IMG/VR virus record: IMGVR_UViG_3300045988_101293
Location: 1 to 62,254 of that record
DNA from: a virus
DNA length: 62,254 nt
Strand: one strand, 5' to 3'
Both the position numbers and the translations under genes were made by a program. The notes beneath the pieces were generated by a model. The model was not told where the DNA came from, made no database searches, and saw only the letters and a program-made list of their open reading frames with translations. Numbering within the stretch: the first letter of the stretch is position 1; each line of letters starts with the position of its first letter. This document shows positions 33,615 to 45,500 of this stretch, piece after piece.

Positions 33615-33926
33615 CTATTCTTTTTTGTTGCTGCTATATTGCAATGCCATGCTCTTAAGTTTATCAGAGAGTGAAGCGGACACACTTGCAGTTGCTGCCA
33701 CATCAACCTTTTGACTCTGTTGCTTTGGCACAACATATTGTGATAATTTCTCCATCACTGTTATGCGGTCCTTTGGTTCAAGTTGCTCAACATCTTGTGC
33801 AAAAAGTCCTTTTTCAAAATAGTCGCTCACACCGCTCGAAATACACTCGTATATAATTTGCTTGTAGGGTTTAGGCTTGTTGGGCGTACCTTTCACCCTA
33901 CCTCCTGTTTTATATCCTCTTGCCAT
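33615..33926 (-). CDS. Small basic protein with a GGRVKGTPNK motif (terminase small subunit candidate)
   Basis: MARGYKTGGRVKGTPNKPKP at the N-terminus. Confidence 0.3.
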   Translation of the reverse strand: MARGYKTGGRVKGTPNKPKPYKQIIYECISSGVSDYFEKGLFAQDVEQLEPKDRITVMEKLSQYVVPKQQSQKVDVAATASVSASLSDKLKSMALQYSSNKKE

Positions 33927-33938
33927 ATCATTCTTTTT

Positions 33939-34544
33939 TTAAAAAGGTCGCAAAGGTCGTGTAAGCACACCTGTGCGCATGTTCACTTTTCGTTTTGCTT
34001 CGTCAAGCAATGTTTGTGCTTTAATTGCCCACTTTTCAGCAGCGTCCTTGTTGGTTATTGATAGCCAGTCGGCCAAAGCTGATGCCACAAAGTATTCATG
34101 AATAAGTTGCTCTAACAACTTGGCAGTAGTGTTTGAAAACTTTTGCGAAACATTCAATTCAATAACGTAAGTGTCGGATTCTTTAAACAAATCGTCTAAC
34201 TGCATGTCATCTTCACACGGCTCTTTTGTGAAACGATACAATTCTTCAACGCAAATGGCATGCGCAAGGTCAAGCACACGTGTCACGCGGTCAACATTGC
34301 CGTCTTCAGTAATGTCAAAAACTTGGTGCTTTGTGTGCGCATCATCGGTCGGCATTACATCACCTTCAACATAACTCACATTTGCTATGTCGTAAAGTAG
34401 GGCTTCGCGGTCAAACAACAAAGTTACTTTGTGCTTAGCGTCAGAACTATTTGCGCTGCACTGGCAATTTGCAAGTTTTTCAATGCAGTCGGCAGGGCCT
34501 ATAACATAGCCATAAGGCCCATAAATCATCTTTGTTTTATTCAT
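33939..34544 (-). CDS. Head/neck protein, member 3 of a tandem paralog trio
   Basis: C-terminal SALADWLSITNKDAAEKWAIKAQTLLDEAKRKVNMR...RPLRPF. Confidence 0.4.
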   Translation of the reverse strand: MNKTKMIYGPYGYVIGPADCIEKLANCQCSANSSDAKHKVTLLFDREALLYDIANVSYVEGDVMPTDDAHTKHQVFDITEDGNVDRVTRVLDLAHAICVEELYRFTKEPCEDDMQLDDLFKESDTYVIELNVSQKFSNTTAKLLEQLIHEYFVASALADWLSITNKDAAEKWAIKAQTLLDEAKRKVNMRTGVLTRPLRPF

Positions 34545-35145
34545 ATCGCAATTCGTTTTGTTGGGGTGGGGTTTGTTCGGGTGCATGAACACGTGTGGGC
34601 CGTATGCGTTTGTTCATGGCAGTGTGTAGTTCTAACAATGCTGCCTGTGCTGATTTAATGTAGGTTTCAGCTTCGGCTTTTGCAGGTGTTAGCAATAGCC
34701 ACGTTGCAACTGCTCGGTCAGTCATGTAATTGTGCATGGCATGAGCAATGTCGCCACGAACTGAAAGGTTAAAGTTCATTGGCACGCGAAGCATCAAAAA
34801 TAAGGTGTTATCTTCTTTCTCCTCACTTTGCGCTGCTGGCTTACCTTGATAGCCAAACACGAGTGCATGCTTGATTTTGTTTCGCTCTTCTTGCTGCAAA
34901 ATGTTGTCAGCATATCTGTTCGTCTCAACAAGATATTCGCTTAACTCATTTCGTAAACAAGCATACGACTCAGCGAATGAGCGCAAAATAGCGTCTTTGC
35001 GTTCATCGGTCAAGTCCTGCACCTTTGCTGCTTGTTCTGACGTTTCGTCTGTGCGCATTGCATCGCCTATGAGGTGCGCTTTTTGCTGCACATCGTACAC
35101 AAGTTCGCTCATGTACAATTTTATCTCAATCGTTTGTTTTGCCAT
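34537..35145 (-). CDS. Head/neck protein, member 2 of a tandem paralog trio
   Basis: C-terminal RAVATWLLLTPAKAEAETYIKSAQAALLELHTAMNKRIRPTR. Confidence 0.4.
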   Translation of the reverse strand: MAKQTIEIKLYMSELVYDVQQKAHLIGDAMRTDETSEQAAKVQDLTDERKDAILRSFAESYACLRNELSEYLVETNRYADNILQQEERNKIKHALVFGYQGKPAAQSEEKEDNTLFLMLRVPMNFNLSVRGDIAHAMHNYMTDRAVATWLLLTPAKAEAETYIKSAQAALLELHTAMNKRIRPTRVHAPEQTPPQQNELRYE

Positions 35146-35150
35146 CTTGC

Positions 35151-35633
35151 TTATTCGTAATTAGTTTTTTTATACTTCACCTCGGTGGGTTGCTTGCGCA
35201 TTGGGGCTGCACGCATGGTGCAAAGTTTTCGCATTGACAATAAATTTTTTGTTGCCGTTTGAATTTGTAATTCAGCGTCTTGCTTGTTAATGATTGAGAA
35301 CCATTTGAAGAGCGCATAAGAATAAAAATACATCGTGGCTATATCTGTCAATCCAGCTATTTGTGACGTGTCAAAATTGCTCGGCAGTGTGAGCTTTATG
35401 CTTATTCCTGTATCGCTATTCGTTACATAAGGCTGATACGTGGCAAGCATAGATGAAAGGTCGGCTATGGCTTCGTTAATGCAACTTTTCAAAAACGTTT
35501 CATCAACTTCGGTTGTAGCTATTCGCTTGTAGGCTGTTTCGTCTTGCACGATGAGTTTTGCTCCCTCGTAAGCAGTAAATTCATGCAGTTTGTTCAGCAC
35601 ATATTGTAATTGTATGGTAATTTCTTGTTGCAT
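35151..35633 (-). CDS. Head/neck protein, member 1 of a tandem paralog trio
   Basis: C-terminal YALFKWFSIINKQDAELQIQTATKNLLSMRKLCTMRAAPMRKQP. Confidence 0.4.
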   Translation of the reverse strand: MQQEITIQLQYVLNKLHEFTAYEGAKLIVQDETAYKRIATTEVDETFLKSCINEAIADLSSMLATYQPYVTNSDTGISIKLTLPSNFDTSQIAGLTDIATMYFYSYALFKWFSIINKQDAELQIQTATKNLLSMRKLCTMRAAPMRKQPTEVKYKKTNYE

Positions 35634-35725
35634 ATTGTTTTGTGTTTTTATGCAAATATAAAGCACCTTGCGTTGATAGACTTTTTATTTCCGACTTTAT
35701 ATACTTCATTTTTTTAGAATATAAT

Positions 35726-35756
35726 TTTGTTTTACAAAAAAATATAAATACATTTG
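35726..35756 (+). promoter_or_regulatory. Bacteroidota-type promoter (TTTG-N19-TAcaTTTG) of higBA
   Basis: TTTG at 35726..35729 and TACATTTG at 35749..35756. Confidence 0.55.
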
Positions 35757-35774
35757 CAATATAAAATATGTTAT

Positions 35775-36068
35775 ATGAGGATTATTGCAAGAAATAAAAT
35801 TGTTGAATACTACACAAAGTTCAATGATTCTGAAACGGCCCTTGAAGAATGGTATCATAAAACAAAAAGGGCTGAATGGGATTGTTTTGCTGACGTAAAA
35901 GATACCTTTAATAGTGTTGACAATGTTGGAAATCAGCATTATGTGTTCAACATCAAAGGTAATAATTATCGTTTAATAGCTGTTATAAAATTCACCATCA
36001 AAACCATATTCATACGATTTATTGGAACACATCGTGAATATGATAAAATAAACGCTACAATCATCTGA
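35775..36068 (+). CDS. higB: HigB-family toxin (RelE-superfamily mRNA interferase)
   Basis: MRIIARNKIVEYY...ALEEWYHKTKRAEW...YVFNIKGNNYRLIAVIKF...IRFIGTHREYDKI. Confidence 0.85.
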   Translation: MRIIARNKIVEYYTKFNDSETALEEWYHKTKRAEWDCFADVKDTFNSVDNVGNQHYVFNIKGNNYRLIAVIKFTIKTIFIRFIGTHREYDKINATII

Positions 36069-36072
36069 TAAC

Positions 36073-36438
36073 ATGACTATGATTAAGAATAAAGTGGCTT
36101 ACGAAGCTGCTATGAAAAGAATAGAAGAACTCTTACCATTGGTGAACGATGATACTCCAAAGACGGATAAAAATTTAATAGAATTAGATTTGCTATCAAA
36201 CCTTGTTTCGGAGTATGAGGAAGAACACTATCCCATCAAACAGCCATCGCTTGTTGATGTCTTAAAATTGAGAATATATGAAATGGGATTAAACCAAAAG
36301 AAACTTTCAGAGTTGTTAGGTGTTAGCCCCTCGCGCATCAGTGATTATTTGTCAGGGCGTTGTGAACCCACACTTAACATTGCACGCAAGATGAGCCAAC
36401 AACTAAACATTGATGCCAATATCATTCTTGGTGTGTAA
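36073..36438 (+). CDS. higA: HigA-family antitoxin (Xre-type HTH)
   Basis: LNQKKLSELLGVSPSRISDYLSGRCEPTLNIARKMSQQL, located directly after higB. Confidence 0.8.
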   Translation: MTMIKNKVAYEAAMKRIEELLPLVNDDTPKTDKNLIELDLLSNLVSEYEEEHYPIKQPSLVDVLKLRIYEMGLNQKKLSELLGVSPSRISDYLSGRCEPTLNIARKMSQQLNIDANIILGV

Positions 36439-36451
36439 AAAGTTTAAATTG

Positions 36452-36494
36452 AAGTCGGCAGCACGGCTCCTATGTTGGAGGGTGTTGCCGACTT
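36452..36494. terminator. Hairpin between convergent higA and the giant ORF
   Basis: AAGTCGGCA-N25-TGCCGACTT followed by TTC. Confidence 0.45.
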
Positions 36495-36508
36495 TTCATG
36501 TGTTTAAG

Positions 36509-39500
36509 CTATTTTTTTTGAGGTTTGTTTTGCTTTGCAATATCTATGATACGTTTGACTATATCTTTGCGCATCTCAATGGTCTTGTTGCTTCTTTCTT
36601 CAGCTTTTTTGGGGTCATTTGAATAGTCTTGCATCCAAAGGTTGTAAAGTTCTTTCATTTCTTTATCTTCTGAATTAACAACTCCCTTTGTCGCTTCTAT
36701 CACTTTTACGGCTTGCTTTTGAATGTCAACTTGTTGCTGCTGCAACTCTTTGTATTTGTCGCTATTAGGGTCAGTTACAGACATTGCCTTTCGCACAGCA
36801 CTTAGTTGTTTATTATATGAGTCCATCATAGTTGCGCTAAAGCCTTCGGGCGAATACATTAAATCATAAAACTTTGACTTGTACTCTGGGGCCTGCAATT
36901 CCTTTTTGTAAAGCGAAAGCAGTTCTTTCGTCTTTTGATATTCATCGTTGTATTTATAAAACTTGCTGGTGATGGCTCTGTCTTTGGTTCTTTCGTCAGA
37001 TGTTTTATAGAAAGAATTAATGATTGGCACATTTTTCAGTTCACGATTATCTTCATTAAAAGGCATTGAAGCTACCTTCATCGTTTGGAACACGAACTTA
37101 CCTAATCCGCCAAAATAGCCTTCAAACAAGTGCTGAATTTTAGCAGGGTTCACGTCCATCACTCCAACATTTGCTTTCTTTACATCGTCACCTCCACCCA
37201 ACTCATTCAGCAAGCGACTTGCCCACACAAGAGCTTGATTAGTACCCTTGTAGGCTTTCGTCCATTCGGGTCGGTTTTTGTTGTATTCAGCGTCTTTGTA
37301 AATGGGTGTGCCTGTGTAATCCTTATTTGTAACGTATGCTTCAACTATGGGCTTTGCGTAACTTGGCACAAATGAGGTTAAGCTGCCACCGCCCTCCATA
37401 AAGTCAACGGGGAATAATTGTGACACTTGTTCAAGCATTTTGGTAGCGATGTCAGTGGCAGTGTATTCCTCATTGCCCGAAAGCACACTTTGCGCCAACT
37501 CTCCTAAGCCATAAAAAGCACGCAACTCAATTGGCAATGGAATTGTTACCCACCCCTTGCCAGTGTAGAAGCACAGATTGTTTCTGCGTACCCAATCGGG
37601 CAAGTCGTAATAGTTTGTATCGTCATCGCCACTGCCTTGTGAAAGAGCTGCCATCAGCATAGGAAGTGCTGTTCCTATGGCAAAGTACAAACCTGCAACT
37701 GCAAGTGTTTTGCCTTTACTCTTTCCAAAAGTTCGGCTTACGTTTGACAAACCTTGAACTCCTGCATTCCAGAATACGTACAACTCTTTTGCACTTTGCG
37801 ACATGTAGGCTTGCATAACGTTTAGTCGGTTTCCGTCCTCCCATTTGCCTGCTGCCTTTGCGCCAGCACCTTTTTTGTTGAAATTAACTGAAATCTCCTT
37901 AGCGTCCCAAATTGATTTTTCAATGCTGCGTCCCATTTCACGGCTTGTTCTGTAAGCTGCAAATCGGCTTGTGTTTTCGGCCCATGTTCCAAGGTAATTG
38001 ATTAAATTGTCAAGGAACTTCAACCACGACTTCGGATTCCAACCACTGCGTCTACTTTCTTTCAGTGCCTTTGCAATCATGTTTTTATAATCGTCAACAC
38101 TGTGCAAGAAGGTATAACCTGTTTCACCACCATTTTCAATAAACTCTTGATACATTCGGTCAACTTTGTCGTTCATGTTAAGTGTTCCCTTGCGTTGCCT
38201 TGTTATCAAACCGAACAAGGTGTAAAGACTTTTGCCCCAATTTTTATTGAACTTCCACGCATACGCTGGCGACTCCTTGGCCCAAACCATGCTGTTTGCA
38301 TAAAAGCTATCGCGTGACAAATTGCTAAGAATGAAAGCTGGGTTCTTTTGCGTGAACATAGCTGCCATGAAATGATTTGTTGATTGGAAGAATTTAATGA
38401 ACGGATTATCCGTGCTGTCAGGATTGGTCTGCCCATTCAATGCTTGCGCTGCTTCGTGGTTGCCGTTTATTGTTAGCACATAATCTTTACCTTGCATTTT
38501 TACATGCACTTGGTGTTCGTTGATGTTCTTACCTACCACCTTGTATTGAATGTCATGAGCTTCGCTCGCCTTTTTGTACTCATCTGGCTTTTGTTGGCAT
38601 AAGGTTTCCATTCGTTGATTGAATGCTTCGACCTTTTGCGCAACAGCATTCGCATCGTCATGCTCATCAAACTCGGCAAAAACAGGTTTCCACTCTTGCG
38701 TTGCAGCATCATAGTGCAAGTAAAGTTGGTCAACGCTCACTGCATCACTTGGGTGGTTCAACACCATTTTTAAAAAGTGTTGCTTCATCTGGTTGCGATT
38801 GCCTTGCATAATGGCAGACTCGGCCATGTTGCCAATCGTTGCTATGGGGTCGTCAGCCTTACTCTTACGACCTTTTGCGCTACGTATGCCACCGCCAAAT
38901 TGGCCTTTTGCATTGCCAAAGTAGTTGTACACCTCGTCACTTGTTACATCGTCAAAACCACGCAAAGGAATGTAGTTTTTAAACATATCAAGTGTGTGGT
39001 GATACACCTCGTCTGTCAAAAGTCCACTTTCATATTGCTTTGTGAGCGAAGCCTTTGTGGCAGCATTCGTTCTGTTCCACAATTCAGATGTGTCGTATTT
39101 TTTCTCAAAGTTTGATGAGGAGTTTTCAGCTATACGTTCTGCTTCGTTCACCATCTCTTTATTTAGTTTCGCAATTTTTATTCTGATACTTTTTTTCGTT
39201 GCATCATCTCGTTCATTGTTTAACTGCTCTTTGAGTGTAGCTATTTGGTCTTGATAGCTCTTTATGCTTGGGTCGTCTGTCGTAAGTTCGGTAAGGCCCG
39301 AATAATCTTTGCTCCTGTACTTTTTGTAACTGGGTGCGTACTTCTCTCTTATGGCCGTGTCGTTTGCCTTATAATCGTCCCAACTGATTTTGCCACTTTC
39401 AAAGTCTGTTTTGTTCTGTTGTGCAGTTGCATCGTTTTTATAAGCCTTCCATGCTGCTGACATCTTTTGCTTATCGTTGGCAAAATCATGTTTCAAGGCA

Positions 39501-42500
39501 TCTCTAAATGCAAGCACTTCATTTCGCTCCAATCCGTGTTTTGCCATCATGTAGTTAGTCACTTGCTCGTGAATAGTACCTTTGTCAAGCAACTCTTGTT
39601 CGGCATCAAGCAGGTCTTTATAGAACGACTTTTTGTACGTTTCCATCTCGGCAAGGTTGGTCGAACTCATTCGGTTCTCGGCCATGTAGGCATTCTCCCA
39701 ATCTTTCAAATCTTTTTCGTTGGGTACAATCGCGTCTTGCAACAATTTTAGTCCCGACATGCTATCCACCCATGCAAGGTTCATTTTATGCTTTGCCGTG
39801 TTTACGCTTCGTTCATATTCATCGCGTGCGCTTTTGCGTTCTCTCTCTTCGCGGTAGTATAAGTTCTGCTCACGTGTTTTTGCGTCAACCGCTTTAGGTT
39901 CGGCAAAGTCGCCTACCTTTAAGTGTTGTTGTCGCCACGTGTCTTCGGCCACTTGATAGATGTTGCGTGCAGGGCCTTCAGCCAAGTTTTTCCAACTGCG
40001 CCACAAAAGGTAACGTAAGTCATTATCGCTAAGTGTTGTTCCGCTAAAGCCAGCAAAGCCTAACTTATGAAGCATTTTAAGGAATGCAAGTTTTAGTTGA
40101 TGCCACCATCGTTTGTTCACATTTTTGAAAGTTCTGTCCTCGGCCATACTTGCCATATATTCCTCTGTGGCTTTTCGCATATCCCAACCATATTTGGCTG
40201 AATTATGGGCTATTTGGCTGCGTGTGGCTTTGTCAGCATTTTTGAAAACGAAGTCAAGGAACTCATTCATTTTCTCTTTACCGACAAGTTCTCTTAAGCC
40301 ATAATGCCCTACGGCTTCATGTAGCATGGTGTTAACAACATCGGCTCGGCCATTATGGTTAGGCAGCACAATGGTGATGCGCCCTGTTTGAGGGTCGTAC
40401 CACCCTTTTGCATTCTTTTTGCGTCCCGTCAGTCCGTCTGTCGAAGTCAACACATCTACATTGCCACCTAAGTGCATTTCGTTTGCTACGGCCTTAGCTG
40501 CTTGGTGCATAGATTTTTCTTGGAGAGAAAGTTGCGATGTATCGGGATTATTCTCTACCTTTGCAGTAGGTGTTGAATTGTTTCGGGACAAAGTTCCGTC
40601 GGTATTCCGTTCTTGCGGTAGTAACAATTCAGCACCATTTTTTATTTTGTTACGTAAGTTGCCATCTCGTTTTATGTGTACAGAACTTACATAATCTTCA
40701 ACCTCTCCATGTTTATTAACTGCTACTATATTATACGTATTACCGCTATTATCGCTCTTAAATCGTTTTATGTATAATGTACTACCATCTTTGTCACGTA
40801 TGGCAAAATCAGCATTTTCAATAGTTGAAAGTACTGCACCTGATATATTTGAACGTTTCTCGCGTATAATTTTATTGAAAACCTCGTCCTTTACTTTTAC
40901 GAGTTCCCCTAAAAATGTTCGTATAGGGTGCTTGAATACTTCTTTAAAACTCTCTAAAGTTGAAATGGATTTTGGCAGACTTTCACTTGTCGGTTCACTG
41001 AAAATATTATCAAGTGCAGCAAGTGCTTCTTCACCTTTCAAGGTTTTAGGCTCGGTTTCTCTGAACCTCACATCTTCCACATTCTCGTCAAAACGCTTCG
41101 AAGGAGGAATAATCTCACCATTATCATCACGCGTAACAAGGTCATTCAATTTGCGGTTATTCTCCACATTCTTGTACTTGTAACCTCTGCCATCGTCAAA
41201 GCCCCACTCACGACTATCGTTTCCGTCCCACCACAACTCACTCACGGGAACCTCATCCTCAATAATGCGGTACTTGCCCTCTAAGCGGTTGTTGCCATGC
41301 ATCTCAGCATAACCCTTTGATGGAGTCACCCAGTCACCATTGCGCAATTTTCCTTCTTTCACAGATGTAGGCACAGCACGATACACTTTCACCTTTACAT
41401 TCTTCTCGCCACGTCTGACTGCGGCTATTGCCTCTCTTATCGCGTTTACCGACTCCACAGCAGTAGCGTCAGTCTGCATGTACTTGCGTGGCTCCTGCCA
41501 ATATTTTTCGTCAACCAACGAATAGCCTAAAGCTATATCTTCAATATTTACATCGGGAGCATTCTCCTCCACATCTTCTCTGCGCGCTGCATCACTCTCA
41601 TAACCAGGGTTAGAGGGTGCGCTCCATGCCCCCACACCTTGATAGTCGCTTTCAGTGTCATCATACCCCTTACGGCGTGCAGCCTCGTCAAGCATCTCAC
41701 GTGCAGCGACCTCGTCACCATTCTCAATCGCATCAAAATAACGCTTGTCAAGTTCCTCGGTTGACAATAACGACATATCTTCTAAGTGAGCCTTGCGTTT
41801 CGCCTCCTCTTCCTCGGCACGTTTGCGAGCTGCCTCCATAACGCCTTGTTCACGCATAACAGCATCAATGTGTTCCTTCCGCAACGTTTCTATGTCGCCA
41901 TAACGTTCAGCCAGTTCCTTTTGTACAGGACGGAACAATTTGCTAAACTCCGAAAGTTTCATACCTCGGTTCGCCACGCGCATTGTGCGACGTATTTCTG
42001 CCAATGCAATATTAGCCTTTTGCAAGTTGCCTGTCTTCATGCCAGACGCATAATCCTTCACCATATCTGCATCCACGCCATGCTCTTTAGCAAACTCTGA
42101 ATAATCATCATCCGTTTCCCTCTCTTGGGGCATTTCACTATTCGCATTTCCACCATCACCACTCATCAAGAAAATTTGATCCTCACGGCTCACATCCTCT
42201 GTTTCGGCTGCAAGGCTCGCTATACGCTCCTCTGGTGTCATATTCATACGATGCTCTACGTTGCGTGATTCTACTTCACCACCAAGTTTTGTGTACTCTA
42301 CATAAGGACTAAATTCAGAACGCGTACTTTCGTTTAAACGGAAATTCTTTATGTCTGCATCAAGACTTCTGTCTGCATACCCCCTTGCAAAGTAATTAAA
42401 ACCCTTCATGCGAGTTTCCTTATCGGGCATCCATTCATCATTATCCATGCCCATTTCCTTGTACTCATCAATTAGGGCTTTTTCCACTGCAGCTTGATTG

Positions 42501-45500
42501 TAATGCTCGCCCATTTCATCTGCCTTGTAACGCAATTCATCAGCCCAAGCACGCGCACGCCACTCCTTTTTAGCAGCATCAAATCGTTCTTGCATAGATT
42601 CTGGATTACCGCCCCTTGCAAAACCCTCAATCTTCTGAATAGCATGCTGCACCTCATGAGCCAATACGGAAGCTATGTCGCCCACATAATTCGTATTGAC
42701 TACAATCGTATGCTCACGCTCATTGTAACTGCCACACACATTTACAGGCAGCTGGTCAGTAAACACCATTTTCACACGCTTCAAGTCGGGATAAGCCTTA
42801 AACAACTCATCGTTCTCCACCCAGTCAGCAAGGTGCGGTTTTTCTCTATTCAGATAGTCTTTCTTGAATTTCTCTTCCTTTTGTGCAAGTTCATCAAAAC
42901 GTTGGTATTCTGATTCCGATAGTTCTTCACCATCAAATATCCTATCAGACAAACCATCAAGTTCCTTGCTCCAAGGTTGCTTTTCACGTGCTTTTTTATA
43001 ACCAGCATCACCCTTACTAAAATACTTCAAGTCGGTGATCTCATAACGCCACTTGCCATCTGAGCCACGTTCCCAACCCGTAGCCATCTTGATAGCCTTG
43101 GCATCCTTCTTGTCGTTCTCCATCTCACGTGCCACACTCAAGTTGTCAAGTCGTGTTGTCACCTCTTCGGCATGGTCTGCACGTTCCGCGCCTTGCTCAC
43201 CAATGAATTGTTCACGAATTTTGTTGTAATCTTCAAAAAACTTACCGCCACCGTAGGATTTCTCAACACCATTCAGTAAATTTGCAGCAGTTATAGATTT
43301 ATCGGAATAGCGGGGGAAGGTCGATGTCAGTCCTGACACGTTCCCATGTTGACCAGCCGATACCTCTGACTTAGAGTTGCTTGGTTCAAGGTTATGACTG
43401 CCTTCAGTTTGACTGAAAGAACCTTCAAGCAACTCTATTTTTGTTGCCTCATAACTATACGCTTTAGGTGTCTCCTTTGTTCTTGTATTCTCCTTCAGCG
43501 TAACCTTAACCCTATACAGCTTTCCGTCCATACGTACTGCGCCATACAATCTGTGTATGGTTACATTGGGATTGATGCCATTCTCTGCCGAACGCACACC
43601 ATCTTCGCCTTTCTTAAAGTCTTCGTGTTGTTCTGCATCCACACTTTCACGGATAACATCTGGCAACACCTTCAGCACTGACAAATGAACGTCCTTGCTA
43701 TCACTCTTATCAACAGCACTTTGCGACAAATACTTGTCAACGGCCGCATTGCTAATACGAATATCCCCCTTTCCACCTGTCTCTTTACTGCTATAAGTGC
43801 GTGCTATATGCTCCTTCGCCCAAGCCTTAGCTTCGGCATAATTCTTAAAGCCATGCTCGGCCTTAGCTGCCACTATATTGATACGCGTTTCAGGACGAAG
43901 GCTCTTGCCACCGTCCATCATACTACGAGGATCCACCCCGTCAAGCAAATCCTTCATCACTTGGTCGGCAACTTGTTCTGCACTGGTGTAGTGAATGTGA
44001 AGGAAATCGGCCACTGCCTTCCAAAACTTTTCAATGGCTTGTTTTACACGATGCATGGCATTCATGGCTGTGGCTTTGTCAAACACATTGCCATTGCTTT
44101 TAGCTATATCATCCATCTCCTTACGCAAGCGCTCTGCACCTCTGCGACCTGAATAAGTGGCTAACACTTCATCGGCTATCTCATCATCTGACTTTAGTTC
44201 TGGATAGAGTTTCTTCACTTCTTCCCAAACTGATGTGCCTTTCATTAAGCCTACCACATTCTGCCATTCCTTTGCGTTATTTGCCTTCAATGCACTCGCC
44301 CATAGGTGCGCATATTCATGCACTGGAGTTTCACTCGTTGCCACCTTGGGATCTATATAGATTTTTCCACCTATTGTAAAACCATAAGCCTCGCCATTCT
44401 TTGTTTTGAAGAACCTCACGTGATCTGTTATCTTCGCGTCATTCTCGTTGAAGATAACATAATTCTTGGCGCCATCCTCACGGCCACCACGCATATTGTC
44501 TGCAGGGTATTTGATGCCAATATAGCCTAACTCGGCCAATGTTTGTGATGCTTTCTTGTCACTGCCAAGAGCCTCCTGCAATTCCGCATACAAATCAGCT
44601 CCTGTCGCATTTGGGTTCAAAACAACGGTGCTTTTTCCTTTCTCATATCTGGCAGGGCTATCCTGCACCCTCTCAAAACCATTACTCTCCAAAAAAGAGC
44701 CTACGTCTTTCAGTAAAGATTCAGCAGGGTGACCATTCCAATCCAGATAATTCTTACCTTTGTCGTCGGGAATTTCTATGGTGTAGAGGTGACTTTTAGG
44801 CTTTCTGATACGAATGCCTTTTAATGAGAGTAAGGTTCGTGCTGCCTTAATTTTCCCCTCCGCATAGTTTCTTGTATCGCCTAGGCTTTGATAAAACAGG
44901 TTTTTATATCGAGCCAAATCGCCTTTCTTCAATATGTCTTTGGCTCTTGTTACACCATATCGTTCAAGATTGTACATGAAGTCATTAAGCATATTCTCGT
45001 TCCAGTCTCCTATCTCGCCCAGTACATAATCATGAAATTCATCGGAAGACATTTCTTTACCACCATATAAATATGTTGGCTTTTTGCTGGTGCTTTCGGC
45101 ATACGTTCTACCAATGCCCTCTACCTCTGTCACATAAGTACCCCAGCCATACGCCTGAGCACCTTCTCCCTCGCCCATATGGGAATGGTCGAAGTGGTCA
45201 AAATCGGCACCGCTGCCGTGGTAAACGCGTTGCTCACGAATCATGTCTTCGTTTACCTCTTCACGTTCTGCAAGCCCCGTTGTATCTTTAAAATCTCCAC
45301 TATAAAGAGATTGCTGAATAGAACGTACAATTTCAGCTAAAGGTTTCCCCTCTGCCCTTCTTAACTTTATAGAATCGTAATAATACTCAATAATATGAGC
45401 ATTACCATCGTTCTTTATCTTTTCATTAGGCTTTGGAGATATAACTATGCTAATACCATTATCACGGCCATTATAGTCAAAGCCCGACACATGTGCATTA

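Noticed and set aside
41180-41420. Confident call of an R-S-E type ADP-ribosyltransferase at VKVYRAV...TPSKGYA...WWDGNDSRE
   Set aside because: Only a loose R...S...E spacing is visible, with no ExE motif. I kept it as a mention within the giant-ORF finding, not as a feature.
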